Virus record (IMG/VR): IMGVR_UViG_3300021964_000052
Coordinates: 1,258-65,257 of that record
DNA length: 64,000 nucleotides
Strand: one strand, 5' to 3'
Origin: a virus
Taxonomy: Duplodnaviria; Caudoviricetes
Shown here: positions 55,469 through 64,000 of the stretch, one piece after another
How positions within the stretch are numbered: position 1 is the stretch's first letter
How the letters are laid out: each line of letters opens with the position of its first letter
Translations under genes and position numbers: made by a program
The notes under the pieces: generated by a model
Database searches by the model: none
The model's input: the letters and a program-made list of their open reading frames with translations, nothing else
Told to the model about the DNA's origin: nothing

Positions 55469-56184
55469 TACTTACCTCTTTCTAATTCGTTTATGTAAGG
55501 ACTAATAGCATAAGTATCAGCTAACCATCCTATATTTTCTGCTCCATTTAGTTTAGTCTGTTTATACCCATTTAAGTTCACACATATATTAGCCCAAAGT
55601 AAATTCCCGCTTGCACCATCGTAAGGATCTGCTAACCATTCAAAACCTTTCATTTCTCTAAAAGTTTTAGCTTTCATAGCCATAAAACTTGCTCTTAAAT
55701 TTTTACAATATCCCGGTTCGGTAAAAAACTCTTTATTAACTGCAACTTCTTTCCAAGTATACTTGCTCCCAAAAGGGAAAGGTTCATCAGTATTGTTAGG
55801 AGTTATAATAGCATCAGGATCTAAATAAAAAGATGGATTACTTCCATTTCCCATTAGCTTATATCCTGAGTTTAATTTATCTATCACTATAGGTAAAAAG
55901 TTCCAATCTAAAACTTCAATGTCGTCATGAGTAAAAAAACATATAGTATCGTCATCAGGGTCTAAATCGAAAAACCCGTCTGTATATCCTTTCCATTCTA
56001 TCCCTACATTTTCATATTCAGCATAGTCAAAATTGTCTTTAATAAATTGAGGAGGTGCTTTTTTACATACAAAGTATACCTTTATATCTATTTCAGGATT
56101 ACTCTTAATTAATTCTAGCAACCCTTCCTGGTATGATTTAGGATTATAATGCCAGCCAAGTATAATAAACTGAATCTTTAACAT
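55468..56184 (-). CDS. Putative GT-A fold glycosyltransferase
   Basis: YENVGIEW.GY, FFTHDD; cluster context. Confidence 0.5.
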   Translation of the reverse strand: MLKIQFIILGWHYNPKSYQEGLLELIKSNPEIDIKVYFVCKKAPPQFIKDNFDYAEYENVGIEWKGYTDGFFDLDPDDDTICFFTHDDIEVLDWNFLPIVIDKLNSGYKLMGNGSNPSFYLDPDAIITPNNTDEPFPFGSKYTWKEVAVNKEFFTEPGYCKNLRASFMAMKAKTFREMKGFEWLADPYDGASGNLLWANICVNLNGYKQTKLNGAENIGWLADTYAISPYINELERGK

Positions 56185-56861
56185 AAATCAGAAAAAGTTT
56201 TATAGTTTAAAATATGTCCTTGATCCAACAAAGCATTCAAAACTGATCTAAAGTATTGATAGTTTTGCTCATCCCAATTATTTTGATTATACTTACCGGC
56301 TATATGAGATTGAAAATATAAATTATTTCCATCTATACTTAATGTAGAAGCATTATGAATAGGATTTTCTCCTTTAAACACCCTTATTGAATTTAACTTT
56401 ATATTATCGTTCAAGTTACCGTGAATAGCTACATAATCAAAGTATTCAGTTACAGCATCAAAAGCACCTTGAGAAGCAACCCAGCCAGGCATTCTCCATC
56501 CCTTAGGTCTATGGTTAACTTTATCCCACTCTTCTAAACTTTGCTCTATCCTATCTTTAGCTGATTTATAATCTAGCTCAATGAATTCACATTCTCGGCA
56601 GCTAGGAGAAGGATTTACTCTGTCATGAAAATGACCATGAGCTGCTAACTCAACCCAATCAAACTGCTTCCAGTAATCTATCCAACTCTTATTTTCAGAT
56701 AAAGAAAATTTACGATGATAATTAGAAGGTATAAACTGTACAAACTTACATCCGAATTCCTGATTTAGTTTTATCAAGTAATCAGTACATTTGTCTTCTT
56801 TTACTCCCCATCCTATTTCAGGATGAGTATCGTCGATTGGAATAACTACATCTAAATTCAT
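56178..56861 (-). CDS. Polysaccharide deacetylase-like protein
   Basis: IDDTHP, ELAAHG..H, EF, GWRMPGW, SH. Confidence 0.75.
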   Translation of the reverse strand: MNLDVVIPIDDTHPEIGWGVKEDKCTDYLIKLNQEFGCKFVQFIPSNYHRKFSLSENKSWIDYWKQFDWVELAAHGHFHDRVNPSPSCRECEFIELDYKSAKDRIEQSLEEWDKVNHRPKGWRMPGWVASQGAFDAVTEYFDYVAIHGNLNDNIKLNSIRVFKGENPIHNASTLSIDGNNLYFQSHIAGKYNQNNWDEQNYQYFRSVLNALLDQGHILNYKTFSDLC

Positions 56862-57811
56862 AGAGTATTAAAAAAATCTGTTAAGTACTTATTTACTGCT
56901 TCTTCACTATGATATTTTTTATAATTTAATTGAGCTTTTTCACTGCATTCATTATAAAAGTCTTTATCCTCTTTTAACATATTAACTAATTCTATAGCTG
57001 TTTCTAAATCGTTCATTCCAACACAAAGATCAGGATGAATATTTTGTTGAGTATCTAATTCACCATAACCAATACATGGTATACCTAAAAATCCACAATT
57101 CATAGCAAACGTACCTGCTGCAATAGTTGGCATTAAATGTATAGCATATTTAAATTCAGCTAGTTTATATACCCAGTCTTTCCATTCCATATAAGGTAAG
57201 TGTTTAACTAGTACTTCTTCATTAGGCTGTCTCCTTCCCATAGAAGGTGCCCATATAGGAATACCAAAATGTCTAGCTGCTACAAAACTATCAAATCCTC
57301 CATACCATCTTGTAAAATTACCTCCAATAATAACTTTATCTTGCTTTTCAATATTTAATGCTTCTTCAACTAAATCTGTAATCATTAAGGAAGTTATATC
57401 ACTTACTGGTATTTTAGAGTTTATTCCTTTAAAGTATTTTATATCTGTTTTGTTTTCGGTAAGTATACCATCTACCTTAGATAGTAAGTTATAATGCCAT
57501 ACTTGCTGCTCTACAGTCATATCTTGAAATATCCAACTAGGACCTTCTTGCATAAACATTACTTTTTTAGCTTTTTTTCTAGCTTCACTAACTATATCTA
57601 TTCCTTCTAATCTATCTCTATCTATACCTGTCTTAGGTATCAATAATACAGCTATATCGTATATTTTATCTATAGAATTAATAGAAAATAAGTTATAATG
57701 ATCAGCTTGTAGAGTACACATTTGAGCAAACTCTACTCTCATATTAGTATGAGTTCTAGGAACCTTACCATTAAACCCCATTTGAGAAAAAAATACGATT
57801 GACTTATCCAT
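56858..57811 (-). CDS. Putative GT-B fold glycosyltransferase
   Basis: GTFAMNC..LGIPCIG C-terminal GT-B pattern. Confidence 0.6.
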   Translation of the reverse strand: MDKSIVFFSQMGFNGKVPRTHTNMRVEFAQMCTLQADHYNLFSINSIDKIYDIAVLLIPKTGIDRDRLEGIDIVSEARKKAKKVMFMQEGPSWIFQDMTVEQQVWHYNLLSKVDGILTENKTDIKYFKGINSKIPVSDITSLMITDLVEEALNIEKQDKVIIGGNFTRWYGGFDSFVAARHFGIPIWAPSMGRRQPNEEVLVKHLPYMEWKDWVYKLAEFKYAIHLMPTIAAGTFAMNCGFLGIPCIGYGELDTQQNIHPDLCVGMNDLETAIELVNMLKEDKDFYNECSEKAQLNYKKYHSEEAVNKYLTDFFNTL

Positions 57812-58472
57812 GTAAAAAATTATTTAGTTTATCTAAATTCATTCTAGTATCTTTAGGTACATAAGTTGGAGCTGTAATTAATTTACCTTCTGGGTTTAAA
57901 TCTTTTAAGTTTTTATCTCCTGTACCTACATTATAAACTCCACAGGCATCATTCATTACTAACTCTATAATTAGGTTTGCTATCTTTGATACCTTATCAC
58001 CAGATGTTCTTACATCCCAAACCTCAGCATGATTAAACTCTTCTGGTTTGTGGAGCTCTCTACAGATAAGATAATCATTATTATTTAACTGTATATACTC
58101 ATCTGCAAGTAACTTAGTATAGGCATACCAAGTATTATCTGGGAGTGGTAGATCATCCTCTGAAGGAGGAACTAAGTTATTAGCGTAAACATACTCAGTT
58201 GAGATATGTACTAGCTTTTTATTTTTTGCGTTACAAAAATCACTGAGCATTGCAGCAAACTTATAATTTACATTCCAGTGAGGTTGCTTATTTTTTGAAT
58301 AAGAATCAGTATGAGCAATACAGTTAATAATAATATTGTAGTCGTAAGCTAAAGTTATTAGTTCTTTATAATTTTCTATATCTAGGTTACCTAACTTTCT
58401 AGAAGCTATAGTCCATCCTGTTTGATTACTTAGTTCTCTTCCAAGAATGCCATCACCTAGAATAAGTACCAT
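57804..58472 (-). CDS. RmlD-like sugar-nucleotide reductase
   Basis: LGDGILG, INCIA.T, HISTEYVY, YAYTK. Confidence 0.8.
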   Translation of the reverse strand: MVLILGDGILGRELSNQTGWTIASRKLGNLDIENYKELITLAYDYNIIINCIAHTDSYSKNKQPHWNVNYKFAAMLSDFCNAKNKKLVHISTEYVYANNLVPPSEDDLPLPDNTWYAYTKLLADEYIQLNNNDYLICRELHKPEEFNHAEVWDVRTSGDKVSKIANLIIELVMNDACGVYNVGTGDKNLKDLNPEGKLITAPTYVPKDTRMNLDKLNNFLHG

Positions 58473-59614
58473 TACTTATTAAAAAATACTTTTATTAATC
58501 CACATACATGGTCTACATCTTCAATAGTCATACCATGATGAGCTCCTAGTAGGAAACCGTTCTTCATAATAATATCTGAGTTTTTAAACTCTTGAAGGTA
58601 CTCTCTATAAACTGGATGTCTTGTAACGTTACCGGCAAACGTAACTCTTGTCTGAACATTATTATCTTCTAAGAAAGAAAGTAATTCAAATCTTTTTTCT
58701 GTTTGTAGTGGAATTGCTAACCAATTAGGTTTGATACTATCATCTGGTAGGATTAAATCTCCTACTCCATCTAATAGCTCTAAATATCTTTCAAAGTTCT
58801 CTCTTCTAATATTAGAAAACTTCTTAAATCTCTCTAACTGAACTAATCCAAATGCAGCGTTCATCTCACAAGCCTTCATATGATAACCTAATACTGAGTA
58901 TAAGAATTTATGATCGTACGCTATTCCGTCTACTGAATGATTAAATCTGTCATCCATAATTTCCGAGTCGTCTCCTAATCTACCCCAATCTCTATATTGA
59001 AGACATTTAGTAACGTGTTTTTCATCGTTATACATAACCATTCCTCCAACACCTCCTGCGGTAATAACGTGTGAAGCATAGAAACTAGTAGTAGCTACAT
59101 CTGTAACTGGAGTTTTAGTAATAGTATCAGCAGAATCTTCTATTAAGAATATATCTCCTCTACCTTTTTCTTCTAAATAAAGCTTAAGTTTATCCCAGTC
59201 TGGTTTATTACCTATTAAGTTAGGAAGCATAATAGCTTTAACATCATCAGTAACAGCTTCTACTACTTGATCTATTTCAGCCTGATAAGTTGTCAACCCA
59301 ACATCTACAAATACGGGTTCAAATCCTAATTGAATTATAGGAGCAAGTGTAGTAGCAAAAGTACAAGCAGGAGTAATAATTTTAGAACCTTTAGGTAAAT
59401 CTAAAGCTGCTATTGCTAATAAACAGGCTGATGAGCCAGAGTTAACAAATACTCCGTGTTTCTTTCCAAATCTCTTTGCTATTTCTTTTTCGAATTCAAC
59501 ACTTTTAGGACCTTGTCCTCCAAGCCATCCACTTCGGAGTGCTTCTTCTACAGCTTTAATTTCCTCTTCGCCATAGGATTCAAATTTGTAAGGTGCGTAC
59601 CAAATTTTCTTCAT
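58472..59614 (-). CDS. DegT-family PLP enzyme, probable 4-keto-6-deoxyhexose 3-dehydratase (ColD/DdhC-like)
   Basis: FVNSGSSA, EDSAD, SFYASHVIT (His at the usual Lys position), RDWGR. Confidence 0.85.
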   Translation of the reverse strand: MKKIWYAPYKFESYGEEEIKAVEEALRSGWLGGQGPKSVEFEKEIAKRFGKKHGVFVNSGSSACLLAIAALDLPKGSKIITPACTFATTLAPIIQLGFEPVFVDVGLTTYQAEIDQVVEAVTDDVKAIMLPNLIGNKPDWDKLKLYLEEKGRGDIFLIEDSADTITKTPVTDVATTSFYASHVITAGGVGGMVMYNDEKHVTKCLQYRDWGRLGDDSEIMDDRFNHSVDGIAYDHKFLYSVLGYHMKACEMNAAFGLVQLERFKKFSNIRRENFERYLELLDGVGDLILPDDSIKPNWLAIPLQTEKRFELLSFLEDNNVQTRVTFAGNVTRHPVYREYLQEFKNSDIIMKNGFLLGAHHGMTIEDVDHVCGLIKVFFNK

Positions 59615-59616
59615 AA

Positions 59617-59997
59617 CTATAAATTATTTTGTTTAATTATTTCTTTTAATTGCTTACTTGTAAGTGTACCGACTTTATCTTTAACATTAAAAAATATTTC
59701 ATCTTCTGAAAAGTCAAACCTAGTAACAGTATATAAGTCTCTTTCTATTACAATGCTGCTTTTCTTAGAAGCTTTTAAAGTATCTTCAATAAACTGTTTA
59801 AATTGGTTTACTGATAGTTTTAATACTCCATAGGATTCCATAAATACTCCATCTAAGTAAAACCCATCAGAGTTTCCGTTTTTAAAGTAAATAGAAGTAA
59901 TGTCTTCTTTTGTAGAAATGCTAAGTCCCTCTACTCTATATGATTGAGTATAACATATAGTTGAAAATAGGAAAAAAAGTACAGTTATTTTTTTCAT
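59617..59997 (-). CDS. Secreted hypothetical protein
   Basis: MKKITVLFFLFSTICYTQ signal peptide (Gln at +1, Bacteroidota style). Confidence 0.7.
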   Translation of the reverse strand: MKKITVLFFLFSTICYTQSYRVEGLSISTKEDITSIYFKNGNSDGFYLDGVFMESYGVLKLSVNQFKQFIEDTLKASKKSSIVIERDLYTVTRFDFSEDEIFFNVKDKVGTLTSKQLKEIIKQNNL

Positions 59998-60623
59998 GTT
60001 AATGTTTCGTAATATTTATTTTGTTGTTCTTGACGTTTTATATCTTTTGGATGGTATAAAGCTAATCCTTCCTCTTGAGGTAGAGCAGCGTATGTTTTAA
60101 ATCCTTCTAATTTTTCATGTACTTTATTTACCCATTTTATTTCAGGTTTATTTTTCCATACTCTCCATTGGTAGTCAGGCCAATTAACCCAACCTTTTTC
60201 ATTTACATTCCATCTCCATTTTTTAATATGCTCATCTGTTAATCCTTCTACTGTATTAACTCTAGGGACTAAATAAACTTCATTATTAGGATTACATTCT
60301 AATATAACAGGTAGATTAATAAGTAAAGATTCATTAGGTATTTCATCTGCATCTATTTGGAATATATAATCTCCATTACAATATTCTGTAAGTTTATTCT
60401 TCCAATTAGCAAAATGATTATTAAAATCTAATCCTCTCCAAAACTGAATATTAGGATATTTATTTTGTTTAGTAAGCCAACTAGCTATTTCTTCATTTCC
60501 ATTTTTTTGGTCATAAAGTATTACTACTTCATCTTGTTGTCTTTTATTTTTTCTAAGGAAGTTAACTAATTTTTGAATTTCTATAAATTCATTACAAACA
60601 GTAACGGCATAACTTATTTTCAT
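59994..60623 (-). CDS. GT2 glycosyltransferase
   Basis: ISYAVTVCNE, FA..KN, IFQIDADE, W...VHE. Confidence 0.88.
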   Translation of the reverse strand: MKISYAVTVCNEFIEIQKLVNFLRKNKRQQDEVVILYDQKNGNEEIASWLTKQNKYPNIQFWRGLDFNNHFANWKNKLTEYCNGDYIFQIDADEIPNESLLINLPVILECNPNNEVYLVPRVNTVEGLTDEHIKKWRWNVNEKGWVNWPDYQWRVWKNKPEIKWVNKVHEKLEGFKTYAALPQEEGLALYHPKDIKRQEQQNKYYETLT

Positions 60624-61081
60624 ATTGCAAAGAATCCTATATTTTCTAAAGCATCCATAAAATCTTTTTGCTTAAAGTATTTAATATTTTTCATATCCAT
60701 TTTATGAGTTTGATCAGCTGGGAACTGTTTAACTTTTCTATCCTCTTCAGTAATAGGAATTGATTTTACAGCTGCCCACTGCCATTTTTCTTTACTACTA
60801 CCGTCTAAAAATACCATACCTTTTTCTGGTAATGTTATTGTAGCGGGAGCCCAAACTCTTTTATCTTTATCTGTATGTAAAAGGTCTTTATATAACTCTG
60901 GTGATGTTTCTAATAAATCTGTTACTGCTTTAGAGCCTTCTGTCATTAAAGTAGAAGTTGTAAATCCGCTTCCAAAACATAGCCAAGTTTTTATCTCTTG
61001 ACCTTCTTGAGTAAATGTTTGCTCATAACAAGCATTACTTCCAAATGGACCTTCTACTAATTGGTCTTGATTATTATCCAT
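60620..61081 (-). CDS. Hypothetical protein
   Basis: ORF track. Confidence 0.75.
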   Translation of the reverse strand: MDNNQDQLVEGPFGSNACYEQTFTQEGQEIKTWLCFGSGFTTSTLMTEGSKAVTDLLETSPELYKDLLHTDKDKRVWAPATITLPEKGMVFLDGSSKEKWQWAAVKSIPITEEDRKVKQFPADQTHKMDMKNIKYFKQKDFMDALENIGFFAI

Positions 61082-61083
61082 AA

Positions 61084-62373
61084 CTATAATTTTTCTAATT
61101 TAGGTAATTTTAAATTTGGTATATTAAGCTGTACCTGTTTAGGTAACTCAGGAATATGAGTATCAATTAACTTTCCTAATAACTTAGTCATACTATCAAA
61201 GGAAAAGTTTTTAATATTCTGACTTCCTTGTTTCTTTGCTCTAACTAATAAATCTTTATAATTCTTATGTACTACTTTTAATCCTTGATGAGCATCATTT
61301 TCGTTAGCTGTAAACCATTTTGATTCTTCTAGTAACATATCTTTCATAACAGCACTGGGATGAAGCTTTTCTAATTTTCCACCAACCATTAAACAAAGTT
61401 CTCTATCTAAAAAATCTGTATGCCCAGACCATGCTGAGGCTATAATAGGTTTTTTAATTAATGAAAACTCTAATAACGGTCTACCAAATCCTTCACCTCT
61501 TGTTAAGCTAATCATAGATTTAACTTTAGGATGATTATATAGCATATTAATTTCAGCATCATCCATTTCACCGTGTATTAAATATATGTTAGGTAGTGTA
61601 CCTTTTACTAACTTTCTAATGCTTTCTATCTTTTTAAGTATAGCTTCTCTATCTAATATGGAACTATTAGCAGTTTGAGTTTTTAATATTAAAGCAGGTC
61701 TTTTACCTTTAGGTTTATTTTTAAATGTTTCTAAAAACACTCTTATCATTAACCCTACATTTTTTCTATCTTGACCATAATCTCCTTGGAGCCAATGACC
61801 TACAAATAGAAAACAAAATGATTCTTTAATATAAGAAAGGTCTAAAGTATTATCTTTTTGAGATATAATTTTATACTTAGATAAATCTGCTCCTTCAAAT
61901 AAAACCTCTACTGGTTTTTCTAACTTAATTTGTTTCTGTACCTGTCCTGTCTGTTTATTCTCTACTCTAAAAGCAGTAGTCTCAAATACTTTTTTGGAAT
62001 GTTCTGAAGAAGTTAGTATTAGGTTCATTCTATTACAACCTTCTATCCAAGAAGAATGACACATAGTAGTTTCTATTCCGGCTGTAACGCCAATATTAAA
62101 CTTACCTACCGGTTGAAATTCGTTTGGGACTGTAACCTGTATCCATATATCTGGTTTACTATTAAGGTTAGGTATTACTCTACTCTTTAGGTCATGTTCA
62201 TTATGATCTTCTAAATAACCAAATCTAGTATTACCCCATCTTTGAGATAATATTTTTATATCCCATTCACTATCTTTTAACTGTATAAGACTCTTAACAA
62301 AGTCTCTAGCTCTAGCTCCGTAACCACTATACGTATCAATAGGACAACTTACTATACATGTATTTTTACTCAT
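61084..62373 (-). CDS. GT4 glycosyltransferase
   Basis: SGYG..AR, RKN, RGEGFGRPLLE...PII.S.WSG..DF. Confidence 0.9.
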   Translation of the reverse strand: MSKNTCIVSCPIDTYSGYGARARDFVKSLIQLKDSEWDIKILSQRWGNTRFGYLEDHNEHDLKSRVIPNLNSKPDIWIQVTVPNEFQPVGKFNIGVTAGIETTMCHSSWIEGCNRMNLILTSSEHSKKVFETTAFRVENKQTGQVQKQIKLEKPVEVLFEGADLSKYKIISQKDNTLDLSYIKESFCFLFVGHWLQGDYGQDRKNVGLMIRVFLETFKNKPKGKRPALILKTQTANSSILDREAILKKIESIRKLVKGTLPNIYLIHGEMDDAEINMLYNHPKVKSMISLTRGEGFGRPLLEFSLIKKPIIASAWSGHTDFLDRELCLMVGGKLEKLHPSAVMKDMLLEESKWFTANENDAHQGLKVVHKNYKDLLVRAKKQGSQNIKNFSFDSMTKLLGKLIDTHIPELPKQVQLNIPNLKLPKLEKL

Positions 62374-62375
62374 AA

Positions 62376-63821
62376 CTAATAAATATATTTATGTTTAACA
62401 TACTTAAGTTCAGGTTTTTCTATTTTAATAATATCAAATTTAGAACGAGGTTTGAAAGTTTTAAGAGTAGTATCAATTCCGTCAATGATATTATTACACA
62501 TACTAGAAGCTGACATACCAGACTCCTCAGACGTAACCCATTCTCTTCCTTTTAGTCCTTTTTCTTTTCTTTCTTCAGAAGGCATATTGTAAACTTTCTC
62601 TATAGCCTTAGCTATATCTCTAAAATCAGATCTATCATCAAAAATATAAGGAGTAGGAACTGAACCTACTAATGATATATTTGAAGGAAATAAAGGGACT
62701 GCCCATTCACCACACTCTTTATAAGTACCCTGGTGATTAGAAGGAAAGTCAGCATCAAAATTTATCCACTCACTCTTCTCATTTACAAATCTCATCTGAT
62801 CTTGCATACCTCCAGTAACTGTAGCAGATATCATAGTACCAGCCATCATCGATTCAGTAAGAGCTAATCCCCAACCTTCATTAGAAGAAGGAAGAACTGT
62901 TAAATCAGCAAGATTATATAACCAGTTCATTTGACTTGTACTTAATTTATCTTTAGAGAAAAAGATATTAACATATTCTGGATCACATAAAGCTTCTTTA
63001 GTAGCAATTAAATCTGTTCCGTTTTGATCTATAGGATTAGTATGAAATATTAATGCACATTTCTTAGCTGCATCCTTACCTATCTTATCACAGAATATTC
63101 TAAAGGCTAACATTAAGTCACTTGGAGACTTTCTTCTAATATTTCTAGAGTTAAAAAATACTACGTACTCTATCTTTTTACCGTTAAAAATATTTTCTTT
63201 AAACTTACTAAACCCTTCATACTGCTCATGCTCTTTAGTAATAGGAAAGAATTGCTCTTTGTTGATACCGTGGGGTACGTATTTAATTACTTTATTTTTA
63301 GCTTTCTCTCCTAATACTAACTTATTAATATTAACAGTTTGCTTAGATATCCCCATAAGTAAATCACAAGAGTCATAAAAATCTCTATTGTATAAAGGAG
63401 CTGGATAATCGTCCCATATATTTAAATAACATATAGGTATATGATTCCTGATTTCTCTTTCAATATCAAATAACCAAGTCCAATATCTTGGGTCAGTAAA
63501 TATAAAAATAGCATCTGGTTTCTCTTTTTTAATAAGATTTCTAATAATAGTAGTAGTACCGTATCCATTGTTAGGTATAACCTTAACATTAGAGTCTTCT
63601 ATACCAGCTTTTTTATTTATATCAGCTGAAAGATCTAATGCCTTACCAGCATCTGGATGTTTAATTGCAGCACCAAGTTGTACCCAATTATAACGGTGAG
63701 CAGTTCCTATAACTATTTCTCTAGCCATAGTAGCTATACCAGAATGCATTCTAATATCGTCACAGAGAAGTAGGATTTTTTTTCTATCCTCTCTTTTTAA
63801 ATAACCATTTTTGTTTTCCAT
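62376..63821 (-). CDS. GT4 glycosyltransferase
   Basis: SGIA, VPHGI, RNIRRK, LYN.AD...PS..EGWGL..TESM.AG. Confidence 0.9.
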   Translation of the reverse strand: MENKNGYLKREDRKKILLLCDDIRMHSGIATMAREIVIGTAHRYNWVQLGAAIKHPDAGKALDLSADINKKAGIEDSNVKVIPNNGYGTTTIIRNLIKKEKPDAIFIFTDPRYWTWLFDIEREIRNHIPICYLNIWDDYPAPLYNRDFYDSCDLLMGISKQTVNINKLVLGEKAKNKVIKYVPHGINKEQFFPITKEHEQYEGFSKFKENIFNGKKIEYVVFFNSRNIRRKSPSDLMLAFRIFCDKIGKDAAKKCALIFHTNPIDQNGTDLIATKEALCDPEYVNIFFSKDKLSTSQMNWLYNLADLTVLPSSNEGWGLALTESMMAGTMISATVTGGMQDQMRFVNEKSEWINFDADFPSNHQGTYKECGEWAVPLFPSNISLVGSVPTPYIFDDRSDFRDIAKAIEKVYNMPSEERKEKGLKGREWVTSEESGMSASSMCNNIIDGIDTTLKTFKPRSKFDIIKIEKPELKYVKHKYIY

Positions 63822-64000
63822 TACGACTTTAATTTAATTGAATTTTGTTTATGGATCTTATCCTTAAAGGTCTTATCAGTAAGATATAAAAAAATTGCAC
63901 GATCTGCAAGCTTTTTAAAAGAAAAGTTATCTTGAAGGCAAGCCATTTTAAACTCGTCGAAAAGTGGTTGTGTAATTTTAACCGAAGTTAATTTTTCATT
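63821..64000 (-). CDS. Small ribbon-helix-helix-like protein, partial (start outside window)
   Basis: Hand-translated ...KLTSVKITQPLFDEFKMACLQDNFSFKKLADRAIFLYL... Confidence 0.6.
   Translation of the reverse strand, partial: NEKLTSVKITQPLFDEFKMACLQDNFSFKKLADRAIFLYLTDKTFKDKIHKQNSIKLKS

Noticed and set aside
3010-59833. Plus-strand ORFs in the ORF track (e.g. 3450, 15459, 35239, 59456)
   Set aside because: All are antisense to well-supported minus-strand genes and have shadow-like composition.
1-64000. Stop-codon reassignment as in some Bacteroidota phages
   Set aside because: Long genes are intact in code 11, and TAA, TAG and TGA all end genes at tight junctions.

Overview
A 64-kb, very AT-rich segment of a large contractile-tailed (myovirus-type) dsDNA phage. 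The host is most likely Bacteroidota/Flavobacteriia, inferred from TTG...TAnnTT promoters, absence of classic Shine-Dalgarno sites and lipoprotein genes. Almost every gene is on the minus strand and the genetic code is standard. In transcription order (high to low coordinates) it holds: a sugar-nucleotide/glycosyltransferase cluster (52.8-63.8 kb); an accessory region of small genes built from repeated promoter+leader modules, with tRNA-Arg(ACG) and a tRNA-like RNA carrying a 70-nt anticodon-loop insert (39-52.6 kb); a gp55-like sigma factor; a baseplate/tail-fibre module (13.4-37 kb); and primase, exonuclease and small candidate head proteins (0-5 kb). The most striking feature is at 5.3-13.4 kb. 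A (Pro-Thr-Pro-Ala)n extensin-like, collagen-tailed protein, probably a fibre-tip component, sits directly next to a prolyl 4-hydroxylase, eukaryote-type Hyp/Ser glycosyltransferases (GT95/96-like, O-fucosyltransferase-like, two GT60-like domains) and a carbamoyltransferase. This is a candidate phage-encoded hydroxyproline glycoprotein pathway. All family assignments come from motifs recognised by eye; no searches were run.
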